A stretch of DNA of 60,007 nt, taken from positions 1 through 60,007 of the forward strand of contig JAWOBF010000063.1 of the NCBI GenBank assembly GCA_046498225.1, written 5' to 3'. The translations under genes and the position numbers were made by a program. The notes under the pieces are model-generated. The model was not told where the DNA came from. It worked only from the letters and a program-made list of their open reading frames with translations, and ran no database searches. This DNA is from Candidatus Aegiribacteria sp. (lineage in GTDB: Bacteria > Fermentibacterota > Fermentibacteria > Fermentibacterales > JCC-6). Positions 45,690 to 56,277 of the stretch are shown here, piece after piece; the first letter of the stretch is position 1; each line of letters starts with the position of its first letter.

Positions 45690-46739
45690 ATGAACGCACT
45701 GAGATATCTACTCATAGTTTCGGTACTGGCGGCGCCGGCACTTGCCGGGGGAGAGTTCTCCACCGGCGGAGCCGAGCTTCTGCAGTTCAAGGGATATCTG
45801 ATATCGGACTTCCAGATATACGGCGAGGAGGATGCCGACCCGGACATGGGTTTCGACATCATAGCCGCGCTGGAATGGAAGCCCAGGCTCAACGAATGGC
45901 TGGACGCCAAGATAGCCTTCAAATCCAAGCCCACCGCCTTCGAGGGCGACATGGAGGACCTCAGCCTTACCACGGAGGACATTCTCCTCAACCTTCACTT
46001 CACCGAGAACGTCACCTTCTCCATGGGACAGTTCAAGAGGCCCTTCGGCTACAACTACACCCGCTCCGGCAGCAGCATGTACTTCCTGGACAGGGCCATC
46101 CTTCAGGGAATGAGCGAGTTCAAGAACTTCGGCAAGAGGGACATAGGCGCCAATCTCAATCTGGGCTTCGACATGGTGAACCTCGACGTGGCCTTCACCA
46201 ACGGCGCCGGGGACAACGAGCCGGAGGATGACAGCAACAGGCAGTTCACGCTCAGGGCGGAGATAGAGCCGGTGGACGGCATAACCGTAGCCGGCGCCCT
46301 GGGAAGTCATTCCGAGGATGACTCCACAGAGACATACTCCGCTACCGGCCTGGACTTCTACACCGTGGTGGACTACCCGTTGAGCGAGACCTCCACGCTG
46401 AACTTCGTCGGCGAGTACCTGATAATGGGTGAGCCCTCGGCGGACAACGTGGACATGAACGACGCAACGGCCTACGCTTTCACACTGGCCCCGGAGTTCG
46501 AGCTTGACGGGCCGGCGCTCCTGGCCCTGAGACCGGCCATCCGCTACGAGACCTACAGCCCAAGCTACGAAGGCGGCACCGATCCCCGGGACGACATGAC
46601 CGCCATCGACTTCTCTCTCAACCTCGACCTCTACAGTTCGAAGAACACCCTTCAGGTGGGAGGAAGGAACCTCAGCTTCGAGGACGAGAATACCGACGGC
46701 TACACGGACATGTACATAGCCTGGAGAATGAAGTTCTAG
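45690..46739 (+). CDS. Phosphate-selective porin (OprO/OprP-like)
   Basis: Signal peptide; 'GQFKRPFG...S...FLDR', 'RDIG'; C-terminal Phe; located in the pho locus. Confidence 0.82.
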   Translation: MNALRYLLIVSVLAAPALAGGEFSTGGAELLQFKGYLISDFQIYGEEDADPDMGFDIIAALEWKPRLNEWLDAKIAFKSKPTAFEGDMEDLSLTTEDILLNLHFTENVTFSMGQFKRPFGYNYTRSGSSMYFLDRAILQGMSEFKNFGKRDIGANLNLGFDMVNLDVAFTNGAGDNEPEDDSNRQFTLRAEIEPVDGITVAGALGSHSEDDSTETYSATGLDFYTVVDYPLSETSTLNFVGEYLIMGEPSADNVDMNDATAYAFTLAPEFELDGPALLALRPAIRYETYSPSYEGGTDPRDDMTAIDFSLNLDLYSSKNTLQVGGRNLSFEDENTDGYTDMYIAWRMKF

Positions 46740-46783
46740 GGCTGTCCTCACATTACCTGAGATAGACCAATGAAAGGAACACT

Positions 46784-47629
46784 ATGAATACATTTTTCGG
46801 CAGACTGCTCATCGTGACCGCGGGAATAGCCCTGCTGATGGTGGCCTGCGGAGAAGAAGGAACTGCGGAGGAACCAGCGGGAGACCGGCCTCTCGAGGGC
46901 GAGCTGAACCTCGTGGGATCCACTACTGTGCAGCCCATAGCGGAGGTTCTGGCCGAATCCTTCGAGGCCCTTCATCCCGAAGTCACCATCTATGTCCAGG
47001 GCGGCGGCAGCAGCGTGGGAGTACGGGCCGCCGCGGACCGCAGCGCGGACATCGGCATGGCCTCCAGGGAGGTCAAGGTTTCCGAGCTGCAGGAGAATCC
47101 CGAGATCGTGATCCACACCATCGCGCGGGACGGCATAGCGGTAGCCGCGGAACCCGGCTGCACCGTGGACGACCTTACCCTGGAGCAGGTAAAGCAGATC
47201 TTCGCCGGCGAGATAACCAACTGGAACCAGCTCGGAGGCGGGGACATGGCAATAACTGTGGTGGCCCGTGAAGAGGGCTCGGGGACCAGGGCGGCCTTCG
47301 AGGAGCTGGTGATGGGTGATGCCCTGATCACCGAGACAGCCATACTCCAGCCCTCCAACGGAGCGGTGAGGACTACCATCTCCGTCACTCCGGGTTCCAT
47401 CGGATTTCTCTCCTTCGGTTACCTGGACGACCAGACCAAATCCATCGCCATAGACGGCGCCCTTCCCACGGAAGAGAATGCCGCTTCCGGCGACTATACG
47501 GTGGTCAGGCCCCTCAACATGATAACCTGGGGTGAAGCTGACGGGGCCGCCGGGGCCTTCCTGGACTTCGTCAAGAGCCGGGACGGTCAGTCCATAGTGA
47601 CCGCAGAGGGCTACCTGCCCATCAACTGA
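46784..47629 (+). CDS. pstS: Phosphate ABC transporter substrate-binding lipoprotein
   Basis: Lipobox VAC; 'GSTTVQPI', 'GGGSSVG', 'REEGSGTR.AF'. Confidence 0.95.
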   Translation: MNTFFGRLLIVTAGIALLMVACGEEGTAEEPAGDRPLEGELNLVGSTTVQPIAEVLAESFEALHPEVTIYVQGGGSSVGVRAAADRSADIGMASREVKVSELQENPEIVIHTIARDGIAVAAEPGCTVDDLTLEQVKQIFAGEITNWNQLGGGDMAITVVAREEGSGTRAAFEELVMGDALITETAILQPSNGAVRTTISVTPGSIGFLSFGYLDDQTKSIAIDGALPTEENAASGDYTVVRPLNMITWGEADGAAGAFLDFVKSRDGQSIVTAEGYLPIN

Positions 47630-47649
47630 CGGAACAGGAATAGGACAAT

Positions 47650-48570
47650 ATGACCGGGAAGGTCGGCGTGCGGAAAAGAAAAGGGCGGTTGGATACCGCC
47701 ATGAAGTACTCCCTCCTCTTTGCCGCGCTCGCTTCCATACTGATCGTGCTGATGATCGGGGTCTTCACGTTCAGGGAAGCTCTGCCGGCCTTCCGCCATA
47801 TCGGAGTGGGGAAGCTCCTCACCGAACCGGTATGGAGACCGGGCCAGGAGCAGTTCGGGATCCTGGCCATGATAGCGGGGTCGGGTCTGGTCACACTGGG
47901 GGCGGTGGCGCTGGGCGTACCCCTGGCACTGGGATGCGCCATCTTCCTCTCCGAGATGGCCCGGCCTGGTATCAGGGCCGTGGTCAAGCCCTGCGTTGAG
48001 CTTCTTGCCGGAATACCCTCGGTGGTGTACGGCCTGTTCGGGATGGTGGTGATAGTGCCTCTCGTACGGCAGATAGAGGTTCCGGGCAACACCGGTTTCG
48101 GTCTTCTGTCCGCCTCCATCGTGCTGGCCATCATGATACTTCCCACAATAACAAGCGTGTCCGAGCACGCCATAAGGAGCGTACCTCCGGAGTACAGGGA
48201 GGGTTCTCTTGCCATGGGAGCCACCAGATGGGAGACCATTCAGAGGGTTGTCCTGCCCTCGGCCAGGTCCGGCATCATATCCGCGATAGTTCTCGGCCTT
48301 GGAAGAGCGCTGGGTGAGACCATCGCCATGATAATGGTCATAGGGAACTCGGTGATAGTACCCGCGGCCGCGAATGCAAACCCCCTCACCATCTTCCTAA
48401 GCCGGGCCAGGACACTCACCGGCAACATCGCCGTGGAGATAAACTACGCCACAGGCCTGCACCAGAATGCCCTCTTCGCTACCGGCGTGATACTCTTCCT
48501 CCTGATAATGATAGTCAACAGTTCTGCCCGTTACCTGATGTCACGGGGCGGGCTGAAGAGCAGCCGATGA
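47650..48570 (+). CDS. pstC: Phosphate ABC transporter permease
   Basis: 'ELLAGIPSVVYGLFG', 'GRALGET.A..MVIGN'. Confidence 0.95.
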   Translation: MTGKVGVRKRKGRLDTAMKYSLLFAALASILIVLMIGVFTFREALPAFRHIGVGKLLTEPVWRPGQEQFGILAMIAGSGLVTLGAVALGVPLALGCAIFLSEMARPGIRAVVKPCVELLAGIPSVVYGLFGMVVIVPLVRQIEVPGNTGFGLLSASIVLAIMILPTITSVSEHAIRSVPPEYREGSLAMGATRWETIQRVVLPSARSGIISAIVLGLGRALGETIAMIMVIGNSVIVPAAANANPLTIFLSRARTLTGNIAVEINYATGLHQNALFATGVILFLLIMIVNSSARYLMSRGGLKSSR

Positions 48571-49412
48571 CCCTGAGGAAGGTAAAGCAGAACCTGGCGT
48601 TCTCGACCATGTGGCTGGCCGCCGGTCTCACGGTGGCGATACTCCTGCTGGTGACAGGCTACGTCATCGTCAGGGGTTTCGCCCTCATCGACCTTGATTT
48701 CTTTCTGACCGCGCCCAGGGGAGGCCTCTCCGGTGAGGGAGGGATATCGTCCACCATCATCGCCACGGTATACCTGGTGATAACCACTCTTGTATTCGCC
48801 ACGCCCATGGGAGTGGGGGCGGGGATATTCCTGGTTGAGTACGCAGATCACATAAAGAGCGGCCTGGTGAAGAAGCTGGTGGTGGTGGCCAGGTTCGGAG
48901 TGGAGACCCTGGCCGGGGTCCCCTCCATCATATTCGGCCTGTTCGGCTACGCGCTGTTCGTAACCGCCCTGCACTTCGGCTTCTCCATACTCTCGGCCGC
49001 CCTGGCCGGCACCTGCCTGGTGATACCGGTGATAATCAGGACCACTGAGGAGGCACTCAAGGCGGTGCCCGATTCCTACCGTGAAGCCTCCCTGGCCATG
49101 GGGGCCAACAGATGGGAGACCATCTGGAAGGTGGTCCTGCCTTCCGCCATCCGCGGCATCTCCACCGGTATCGTGCTCAGCGCCGGAAGGATAGTCAGCG
49201 AGACAGCCATTTTCTACGTTACACTGGGTGGAAGCTACCGTACGCCCACATCACTCATGTCCAGCGGCAGGACCATGGCGCTTCATGTCTATTACCTGGC
49301 CATGGAGACAAGGGCCTTCGACAAGGCTCTTGCCACCGCGGCGGTGCTGGTGGTGCTTATCGTTCTGCTGAACCTTTTCATCAACACAGTATCGAGGTGG
49401 TTGTCCACATGA
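48567..49412 (+). CDS. pstA: Phosphate ABC transporter permease
   Basis: '[13 protein letters not shown]', 'RTTEEAL..VP..YREAS.A.GA', 'GR.VSETA'. Confidence 0.95.
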   Translation: MTLRKVKQNLAFSTMWLAAGLTVAILLLVTGYVIVRGFALIDLDFFLTAPRGGLSGEGGISSTIIATVYLVITTLVFATPMGVGAGIFLVEYADHIKSGLVKKLVVVARFGVETLAGVPSIIFGLFGYALFVTALHFGFSILSAALAGTCLVIPVIIRTTEEALKAVPDSYREASLAMGANRWETIWKVVLPSAIRGISTGIVLSAGRIVSETAIFYVTLGGSYRTPTSLMSSGRTMALHVYYLAMETRAFDKALATAAVLVVLIVLLNLFINTVSRWLST

Positions 49413-50179
49413 ACGAAGAGACCGTGATGAGGACCGAGGATTTTACCCTGTACTACGGGGATTTCAAGGCTCTCAACAGCATCAGCATGGATATTCCAAG
49501 GAACTGCATAACCGCCATAATTGGCCCGTCCGGGTGCGGTAAGAGCTCACTTATTCGAAGCTTCAACCGAATGAACGATCTGATAGTGAACATGCGGACC
49601 GAAGGCAGTATCCTGGTGGACGATGAGAATATCTACTTACAGGATGTTGTCCGGCTCCGCAGGAAGGTGGGCATGGTTTTCCAGCGGCCCAACCCGTTCC
49701 CCAAGTCCATATTCGACAATGTGGCCTACGGTCCGAGGATCCACGGCATAAGGGACAGGTCGAAGCTGGCGTCAATTGTGGAGAGCAGCATAAGGGACGC
49801 CGCCCTGTGGGATGAGGTAAGGGATGACCTGAACAAGTCCGCCTTCTCCCTTTCAGGGGGACAGCAGCAGAGGCTCTGCATAGCCAGGGCCCTTGCGGTG
49901 GAGCCGGAGGTTATCCTCATGGACGAGCCGGCATCCGCGCTGGACCCGGTGGCAACCCTCAAGATAGAGGAGCTGATGGAGAAGCTGAAGAGGAAGTACA
50001 CCATCGTGGTGGTAACCCATAACATGCAGCAGGCGGCAAGGGTATCCGATTACACCGCGTTCCTTCTCACCGATATTGAAAGGTCGGGGAACCTCATCGA
50101 GTTCGGCAGGACCAGCGATATATTCACAAAGCCCGTAGACAAACGAACCGAAGATTATATCTCGGGCAGATTCGGATAG
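49409..50179 (+). CDS. pstB: Phosphate ABC transporter ATP-binding protein
   Basis: GPSGCGKS, '[21 protein letters not shown]', '[10 protein letters not shown]'; ATGA overlap with pstA. Confidence 0.97.
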   Translation: MNEETVMRTEDFTLYYGDFKALNSISMDIPRNCITAIIGPSGCGKSSLIRSFNRMNDLIVNMRTEGSILVDDENIYLQDVVRLRRKVGMVFQRPNPFPKSIFDNVAYGPRIHGIRDRSKLASIVESSIRDAALWDEVRDDLNKSAFSLSGGQQQRLCIARALAVEPEVILMDEPASALDPVATLKIEELMEKLKRKYTIVVVTHNMQQAARVSDYTAFLLTDIERSGNLIEFGRTSDIFTKPVDKRTEDYISGRFG

Positions 50180-50192
50180 AGGTGAAAGCCCA

Positions 50193-50846
50193 ATGGCAAG
50201 GGAAACCTACGAAGCGGAGCTGAACAGCCTGAGGGAGCAGATGCTTAAGCTCTCCCACATGACGGGCAGGGCGCTGGAGCGCTCCATCGTCGTGCTCAGG
50301 GACAGGCTTTTCGAGGATGGAGAGAAGCTGATAGAGGAAGACGAGGCCATCAACCTGGTGTGTCATCACGTGGAGGAGGGCTGCCTCAACATAATAGCCA
50401 CTCAGCAGCCGGTTGCCGGCGACCTCAGGTTCATATTCGCCACCATGCAGATAGCCATGGAGCTGGAGAGGATAGCCGACTACGCCAAGGGAATAGCGGT
50501 GATAAACCGGAGGATCACTCCGGGAGAGCATATCAAGCCGCTCATGGATATTCCCAGGATGCGGCAGAAGGCGGGGGAGATGCTGGGACTGGCCATGGAT
50601 GCCTTCCTCAGATGCGACCTGGAGGCGGCCCGAAGGGTGCCCTCCATGGACGTGGAGATAAACCTTCTGTACGAACAGGTCTACCGGGAGCTGGTGACCA
50701 GGGTGATGGAAAACCCGGAAAGGATAGCGGACGCCATGCTCCTGACATTCGCCGCGCACAACCTCGAGAGGGTGGGGGACAGGGTCATCAATATCTGCGA
50801 GAGGGTGGTCTACCTCTGCACCGGCGATGTGGTGGACATGAGCTAG
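50193..50846 (+). CDS. phoU: Phosphate signalling protein PhoU
   Basis: 'QQPVAGDLR', 'ELERIADYA', 'LERVGDR..NICE'. Confidence 0.95.
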   Translation: MARETYEAELNSLREQMLKLSHMTGRALERSIVVLRDRLFEDGEKLIEEDEAINLVCHHVEEGCLNIIATQQPVAGDLRFIFATMQIAMELERIADYAKGIAVINRRITPGEHIKPLMDIPRMRQKAGEMLGLAMDAFLRCDLEAARRVPSMDVEINLLYEQVYRELVTRVMENPERIADAMLLTFAAHNLERVGDRVINICERVVYLCTGDVVDMS

Positions 50847-50927
50847 CGTTTACCGCTTCCATTTTTGACGGCGAAGTGCCCCCCCGGGTATAGTTGAGGC
50901 TGGACCACCCGGGAGGGGAAGCCCGCC

Positions 50928-52571
50928 ATGACCAAACAGCATTCGGACAGTGGACGGCAGATGGTTGGAATAGCCATTAAGGCCGGCTTCACATGCAGCG
51001 CCTGTGAGGGCTTCGTTCCGCTGAACGCTTTCGTCCTCAGCATACGATGTCCCGCCTGCGGCAGGGAGACGGACCTTACACTGGACCACTGGAGGTCGGT
51101 CCTGGACGACGCCATTGAACGGGCCCCCCATATGAACGAGGGGGAGGGACTCAGGTCCACCGTTTTCGGCGCCCTGCAGTTCAGGCTGGAGTACGGAAGG
51201 CTTCAGCCCAGGTACAGCGGCACTGAAGAATCCGTTCCCACCGAAGACCTGATAAGGGGTCTTGAAAGAGGTTTCGTCCAGCACCCCGAAACGGGAGAGA
51301 GAACGCCGGTAAGGGCTTTTGAGGACCCCTTCGAGGGAAGGTTTCCGGGAATAGTCGCCCTGGCGGGCGAGGAACCATCGCTCCTGCCCGGCGAGAAGGG
51401 CGAGGCGGAGGTGGAGCTGGAAGGCTCATCCAACCCGGTGGCGTTCCAGTGTCCCGCCTGCGGCGGAAGCCTCGTAGTGAGCGGGCGGAACCGCAGGGAA
51501 ACCTGCGGTTACTGCGGCACGGAGGTCACCCTTCCCGACGGCCTCTGGCGAAGGCTTCATCCTGTGGAACAAATGGTAAGATGGTTCCTTCTCTTCGACC
51601 CCTCCAGACTTCCCTTCTCCTGGGACGACGACATACTCGGCGCCGTGGGGGACCGCGCTGGAAACCTCGTCCTGGTGGTCAGCAATACCTTTGGTGACCA
51701 TCCCCTGATAGCAAGCGCCTCCCCGGACAGGAAAGTGCTGTGGAGCCGGGAGGACCTGAACGCTGTCTGCGGCACGGATGAAATGACTCCCGGGGCCGCC
51801 GCGTCCCCGGACGGGAGGGTCCTGCTGATGCACGGCAACGGCAGGGACCTGATCTCTGTCTCGATGGAGGACGGCTCCCTTTCCACCGTACTTGAGGGGT
51901 CCGAGCCGGAGATGAGGGATGACGGGACCCGGTGGGAACCGTTCACCATGAAGGATGTTCGCAGCTTCACCTGTCAGCCCGACGGCAGCGTGATCGTTCT
52001 CAGGTCCAGGGAGGACCGGCCCGGCCACTTCACGGAGCTGCTCAGATTCGATTCCCTCGGCCGTCCCCTGCCTCTATGGAGGTCCGATGAAACTTCCTGG
52101 AGGAAGCGCGGGCGTATTGGAAGCTTCCTAAAAAAACTCTTCATGACGGCGGCCTCTTCCTCACGGGTCCCGAGCTTCGATTGTCTGGGGGACCGGCCCT
52201 CCAGATTCAGGGGCCCCGCCGCCCGGCTTGCCTCCGGCGCGGACGGTTCCCTCTACCTTCTCTGCCACCGGAAGCTGGCGGCCTTCGACCCGGATGGCAT
52301 CAGGATGTTCAGCGTGGAGCTTCCCTGCAGGTGGGTGCATGGCGATCCCCAGGTCGGCTCCGCAGGGAACGTCTTCATACTGGGAGAGGACGCGAGGGAT
52401 GACTACTTCTTCTTCCGGGTCTCTCCCGAAGGGTCGGTGACTAAGTTCGCCGAAGGCCTGGCCGAAGGACTGGACGGTCCCAGGTTCATATTGCCTGTCC
52501 TTGCCCCCGATGGAAAACTTCACGCTCTGGGTTGCGGAGGTTCCTGGAAGGTTATCCATACCGAGGTCTGA
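50928..52571 (+). CDS. Hypothetical protein with two zinc-ribbon modules and a C-terminal beta-propeller-like region
   Basis: CSAC/CPAC and CPAC/CGYC pairs; repeated 'PDG' blade turns; GGAGG SD; upstream TTGACG-18nt-TATAGT. Confidence 0.75.
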   Translation: MTKQHSDSGRQMVGIAIKAGFTCSACEGFVPLNAFVLSIRCPACGRETDLTLDHWRSVLDDAIERAPHMNEGEGLRSTVFGALQFRLEYGRLQPRYSGTEESVPTEDLIRGLERGFVQHPETGERTPVRAFEDPFEGRFPGIVALAGEEPSLLPGEKGEAEVELEGSSNPVAFQCPACGGSLVVSGRNRRETCGYCGTEVTLPDGLWRRLHPVEQMVRWFLLFDPSRLPFSWDDDILGAVGDRAGNLVLVVSNTFGDHPLIASASPDRKVLWSREDLNAVCGTDEMTPGAAASPDGRVLLMHGNGRDLISVSMEDGSLSTVLEGSEPEMRDDGTRWEPFTMKDVRSFTCQPDGSVIVLRSREDRPGHFTELLRFDSLGRPLPLWRSDETSWRKRGRIGSFLKKLFMTAASSSRVPSFDCLGDRPSRFRGPAARLASGADGSLYLLCHRKLAAFDPDGIRMFSVELPCRWVHGDPQVGSAGNVFILGEDARDDYFFFRVSPEGSVTKFAEGLAEGLDGPRFILPVLAPDGKLHALGCGGSWKVIHTEV

Positions 52572-52577
52572 AGGGCA

Positions 52578-54026
52578 TCAGACGGTCGATGGGCTTCTTC
52601 CCGGGAACAGCCTTCCCACGGCCCTTCCCCCTCCGGTGAACCACCAGACGGGGACGTAGACAGCCACGGGAAGGACCAGAGCGGGAAGAAAGCCCATACT
52701 CCTGGTCAGGGGGATGATGGCGAAAGCGGGCATGGAGACGGCGATGGAGATAAGTGCCTCCCTCCAGATGGGAAGCGAATAGCCTCTCCACCTGAGGAAG
52801 AACCAGTAACTCAATAGTATCATCAGGTTTCCGGCGAGGTAGAATATACCCGCCGATGGCAGACCGACCATAGGAATCAGGACCAGGTTGCCGGTTATCA
52901 CCAGCACCATGGCGGCGGCGGTCACGGGAATCACTATTCTCACCTTGTTCACCGCCAGCAGTGAAGCCAGCAGTATGTGCATCAGGTACACCACAGCCAG
53001 GCCTGCAAGGGCAAGATAAAGGCAGATCTGAAGGCTGGAGGCGCTGATATCCCTCAGATAATCGCTGCCCCATACGAACCTGAGGAACCTGTTCCCGGTG
53101 GATACGACGGACAGGGACACTGCCACGGCGAAGGCCGTGAAGACCCTGGCCATGTCACCGGTCTCCCTGAGATGCCCTCCGTCCCTGTAGGCCCTGCACA
53201 GGGACGGGAAAAGGGCGCCCGGCAGAAGTGTGGGCACTACCAGAAGGACCATCAGCTCGATTATCTTCATGCACTGCTGCCAGGCGGCAACCGCGTTCTC
53301 TCCCAGCATCTGTCTTATGAGGATATTGTCGGCGCGCTGGTGGATTATGGTAACAAGGCCCATTATTCCCAGGGGAAGCGAGGCCAGGAAGAGTTCCTTC
53401 ACCTCGTCCCGCCTGAGGAGAGGTCTGATGCTGAAGCCGGACGATCTGAGACCCCCGAAGGCCACAGCCGTGGCCGCGGCCGTCCTTATTACGTATGAAA
53501 AGGCAACCGCCGTCAGGCCCAGGTCCAGGCCTATGACCAGCAGTACCAGGACCAGTCCGGTGATCCCCTTCGATACCCTGGAGAACCCTTCGAACATCAT
53601 CCGTTCTCCCGCTCTGAAGACGGAATAGAACATCTCCGCGTAGGATTCGAAGAAGACCGACAGGCCGATTATCCCCTGTATGAGAAGTCTGTCCCCTGAC
53701 ATTCCCAGAAGCAACCCGGCCGCCAGCATCAGGGGGAACCCAAGAAGGGTGAGGATCAGCCTGAGCGTCATGGAGGCCGAAAGAAGCTCCTGAGTATCAT
53801 CCGGCCTCATGCTCGCCCGCCGGTTCAGGACCAGGGAAACCCCCATGTCGGAGAGGAACAGATAGATCTGGCCCAGGACAAGGGCAAAGAGCAGACCGCC
53901 GAAATCACTGTCGGACAGATACCTCGAGAGGAACATCACCGAAATGAACAGCGAGCCCTTGCCAATGAACTGCCCTGACAGCATCCAGGCGCTGTTGGCC
54001 GCTTTCGATGATCTATCCCGGATTAT
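52578..54026 (-). CDS. Wzx/MOP-family oligosaccharide flippase
   Basis: Many TM segments; 'SRYL...FG', 'SDMG', 'D.ILI..MLG..AV'. First ATG is at 53984, but the flippase-like N-terminus (KAANSAWM) extends upstream, so the start is uncertain. Confidence 0.85.
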   Translation of the reverse strand: MIRDRSSKAANSAWMLSGQFIGKGSLFISVMFLSRYLSDSDFGGLLFALVLGQIYLFLSDMGVSLVLNRRASMRPDDTQELLSASMTLRLILTLLGFPLMLAAGLLLGMSGDRLLIQGIIGLSVFFESYAEMFYSVFRAGERMMFEGFSRVSKGITGLVLVLLVIGLDLGLTAVAFSYVIRTAAATAVAFGGLRSSGFSIRPLLRRDEVKELFLASLPLGIMGLVTIIHQRADNILIRQMLGENAVAAWQQCMKIIELMVLLVVPTLLPGALFPSLCRAYRDGGHLRETGDMARVFTAFAVAVSLSVVSTGNRFLRFVWGSDYLRDISASSLQICLYLALAGLAVVYLMHILLASLLAVNKVRIVIPVTAAAMVLVITGNLVLIPMVGLPSAGIFYLAGNLMILLSYWFFLRWRGYSLPIWREALISIAVSMPAFAIIPLTRSMGFLPALVLPVAVYVPVWWFTGGGRAVGRLFPGRSPSTV

Positions 54027-54029
54027 CTT

Positions 54030-55196
54030 TTACCCTTCCGGCCAGGATGGAAGCCATTTCTGCGCGTGTATCTGGAGTTTCTCGAACATTCTGACAAGGG
54101 CCGGGTACGGAGCGATGGCCACGTCTCCAGCCCCCGTCCTGCGGGCGAACACTATGTAATGGATCAGGTAGTCAATTCCATGCTTGACCTGGTACTCGGG
54201 CTCCAGCTTGATGTTCGTATATTTCCATGGGACCAGCACGGTCTCGAGGCCGTGCCTGGCTGCCGGAGTCCGGAGACGTTCCAAAAGAACATCTTCTCCA
54301 TCGATGACCGGAGAGGCGGCCAGAATGGCGGCTTCACCGCCCCTGTCGAGGTACTGACCGAGACCGTCGAAGATTATCAGCGGTTTCTCCATGCCGTGGT
54401 CCGAACCCCCGAAGACATCGAGTATGGTGGCATCACGCTTGCTCTCGTCCACCGGGTAGTAGGGCGGATTGGAGACTATCAGGTCGAAGCTGCCGGTTAC
54501 CCTTTCCCACAGGTCGCTTTGAACTATTTCAAAATCCTCCGTCATATCGTTCGCGTACAGGGTGGTCCTGGCGAAATCCACCGCCCTGGGATTGTACTCC
54601 GCCGCAAGGACCCCGCTGCAGTACGGTTTTATGCTGTGGCCCTGGAAAGCGGTGCCCGCGCAGAGGTCCAGACCTCTGGAATAATCCCTGTTCAGCATTT
54701 CCCGTTTAACGAAGTCGGCCAGCAGGACCGAATCGCTGCCCACGTATACGTAGTGCTCGGTAGTTCTCGTGTCTCCCTGGTCAGGGTCGGAGAGGAATAT
54801 GGACCCGCCCCAGGGCACCAGCCTGCAGTCGGATACCACATCATTTCCCGCTTCATGAGCAATTCCCGCTTGCAGCAGGGAATCGTACATCCTGTCATCC
54901 ATGACGCCATGAAGGTCATCGGTCCGAACGGGCCTGTTCAGATAGAAGAGCCTGTAAAGAATGTCCGTCGTTCCATGGAGCTTCCGCCATACCCTTCCGT
55001 ACAGATGAGGGATAGCGGATGGTGTGAATGGACTGGTCCTGCGCCCGAAGTACTTGAGCATCACATGCGGTTCCAGCGGAAGCATCCAGAGGGGTCTGCG
55101 AAGCGACGGGAACCTGCTGGTCTCGAGATAATCCCTGCTTTTCATGAACCGGACCAGATTCCTAAGCACGTCCCTGTCAGGCGCCCCGCCCATCAT
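54030..55196 (-). CDS. Class I SAM methyltransferase (HemK/MTS-like, NPPY) with N-terminal extension
   Basis: 'VYVGSDS', 'LDLCAGT', 'DLIVSNPPY'. Confidence 0.85.
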   Translation of the reverse strand: MMGGAPDRDVLRNLVRFMKSRDYLETSRFPSLRRPLWMLPLEPHVMLKYFGRRTSPFTPSAIPHLYGRVWRKLHGTTDILYRLFYLNRPVRTDDLHGVMDDRMYDSLLQAGIAHEAGNDVVSDCRLVPWGGSIFLSDPDQGDTRTTEHYVYVGSDSVLLADFVKREMLNRDYSRGLDLCAGTAFQGHSIKPYCSGVLAAEYNPRAVDFARTTLYANDMTEDFEIVQSDLWERVTGSFDLIVSNPPYYPVDESKRDATILDVFGGSDHGMEKPLIIFDGLGQYLDRGGEAAILAASPVIDGEDVLLERLRTPAARHGLETVLVPWKYTNIKLEPEYQVKHGIDYLIHYIVFARRTGAGDVAIAPYPALVRMFEKLQIHAQKWLPSWPEG

Positions 55197-55273
55197 GCTC
55201 CTTCCGAGAAGGCTCTAAAATAGCCAAAGGCAGGGTTTCCTACAAGCTCCGGGTTGACACCGCTGCCGCGGTA

Positions 55274-56209
55274 TCAGTTTTCGAAGCGTTCCGTCCTTAT
55301 GTGACAGCCCGGACCGCTGCCGGTCTTCCTGAAGTAATCCTGGTGGTACTCCTCCGCCGGCCAGAAATCCTCCAGGGGTTCCAGTTCAGTAACGATGTCG
55401 TATCCTCTTTCCCTCAGGATGCCTGTGAGCTCCTCCACTGTCTCCCTCTGTTCCTCGGAGGTGTAGAAGACGGCGGACCTGTACTGGCTTCCCACGTCCA
55501 CTCCCTGACGGTCCTGTGTGGTGGGGTCGTGTATCTCGAAGAAGAGCCTGGCCAGCTCCTCGAACGATACCACCGAGTTGTCGAAGATGACCTCCACGGC
55601 CTCCGCGTGACCCGTACCGCCGGAACACACTTCGCTGTAGGTGGGATCCTCCGTAACGCCGCCGGTATAGCCGGAGGTTGCTTCCAGAACCCCGTCCACC
55701 TGCTGGAACTGGCTCTCCACTCCCCAGAAGCAGCCCCCTGCGAAAACCGCCCTCTCCATCCTGGAGGCGGGGACGAAGTGAAGGGATACCGAATTGACGC
55801 AGTGGCGGGTGTCCAGGGGTGTGAAACCCTCGCCCTCGAATACATGACCCAGATGACCGCCGCACTCCGCGCAGACTATCTCCGTCCTGTTCCCGTCGGG
55901 GTCGGGCCTGCGCTCCACCGCTCCCTCTATCTCCTCGTCGAAGGAGGGCCATCCGCAGCCGGAGTGGAACTTGTGTTCCGAGTTGTACAGCGCCGCCCCG
56001 CACTGTCTGCAGTAGTACCTGCCCTGCGAGAATTCATCCACGTACTCGCCGGAGAAGGGAGCTTCTGTGCTTCTTCCTATTATCACGCTCTCCTCAAAGG
56101 GAGTGAGCTCTCTGTAGTCTTTCATATCCTCCGGACCCTTCGACAGCAGCGCCGGGACGGCGGCCGCGGTCAGTATCAGTAATAGAACTGTCATCCGCCT
56201 GAAAACCAT
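55274..56209 (-). CDS. msrAB: Bifunctional methionine sulfoxide reductase MsrB-MsrA, exported
   Basis: MsrB 'SGCGWPSF', 'HLGHVF', 'RHCVNS'; MsrA 'FAGGCFWG', 'AEEYHQDY'; N-terminal signal. Confidence 0.95.
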   Translation of the reverse strand: MVFRRMTVLLLILTAAAVPALLSKGPEDMKDYRELTPFEESVIIGRSTEAPFSGEYVDEFSQGRYYCRQCGAALYNSEHKFHSGCGWPSFDEEIEGAVERRPDPDGNRTEIVCAECGGHLGHVFEGEGFTPLDTRHCVNSVSLHFVPASRMERAVFAGGCFWGVESQFQQVDGVLEATSGYTGGVTEDPTYSEVCSGGTGHAEAVEVIFDNSVVSFEELARLFFEIHDPTTQDRQGVDVGSQYRSAVFYTSEEQRETVEELTGILRERGYDIVTELEPLEDFWPAEEYHQDYFRKTGSGPGCHIRTERFEN

Positions 56210-56277
56210 CTTGTCCTCCAATCAGCCGTATAACCTTCGGCGGGGAGGATAGGTTCCCGCGGCGGACCGTTCGGCGG

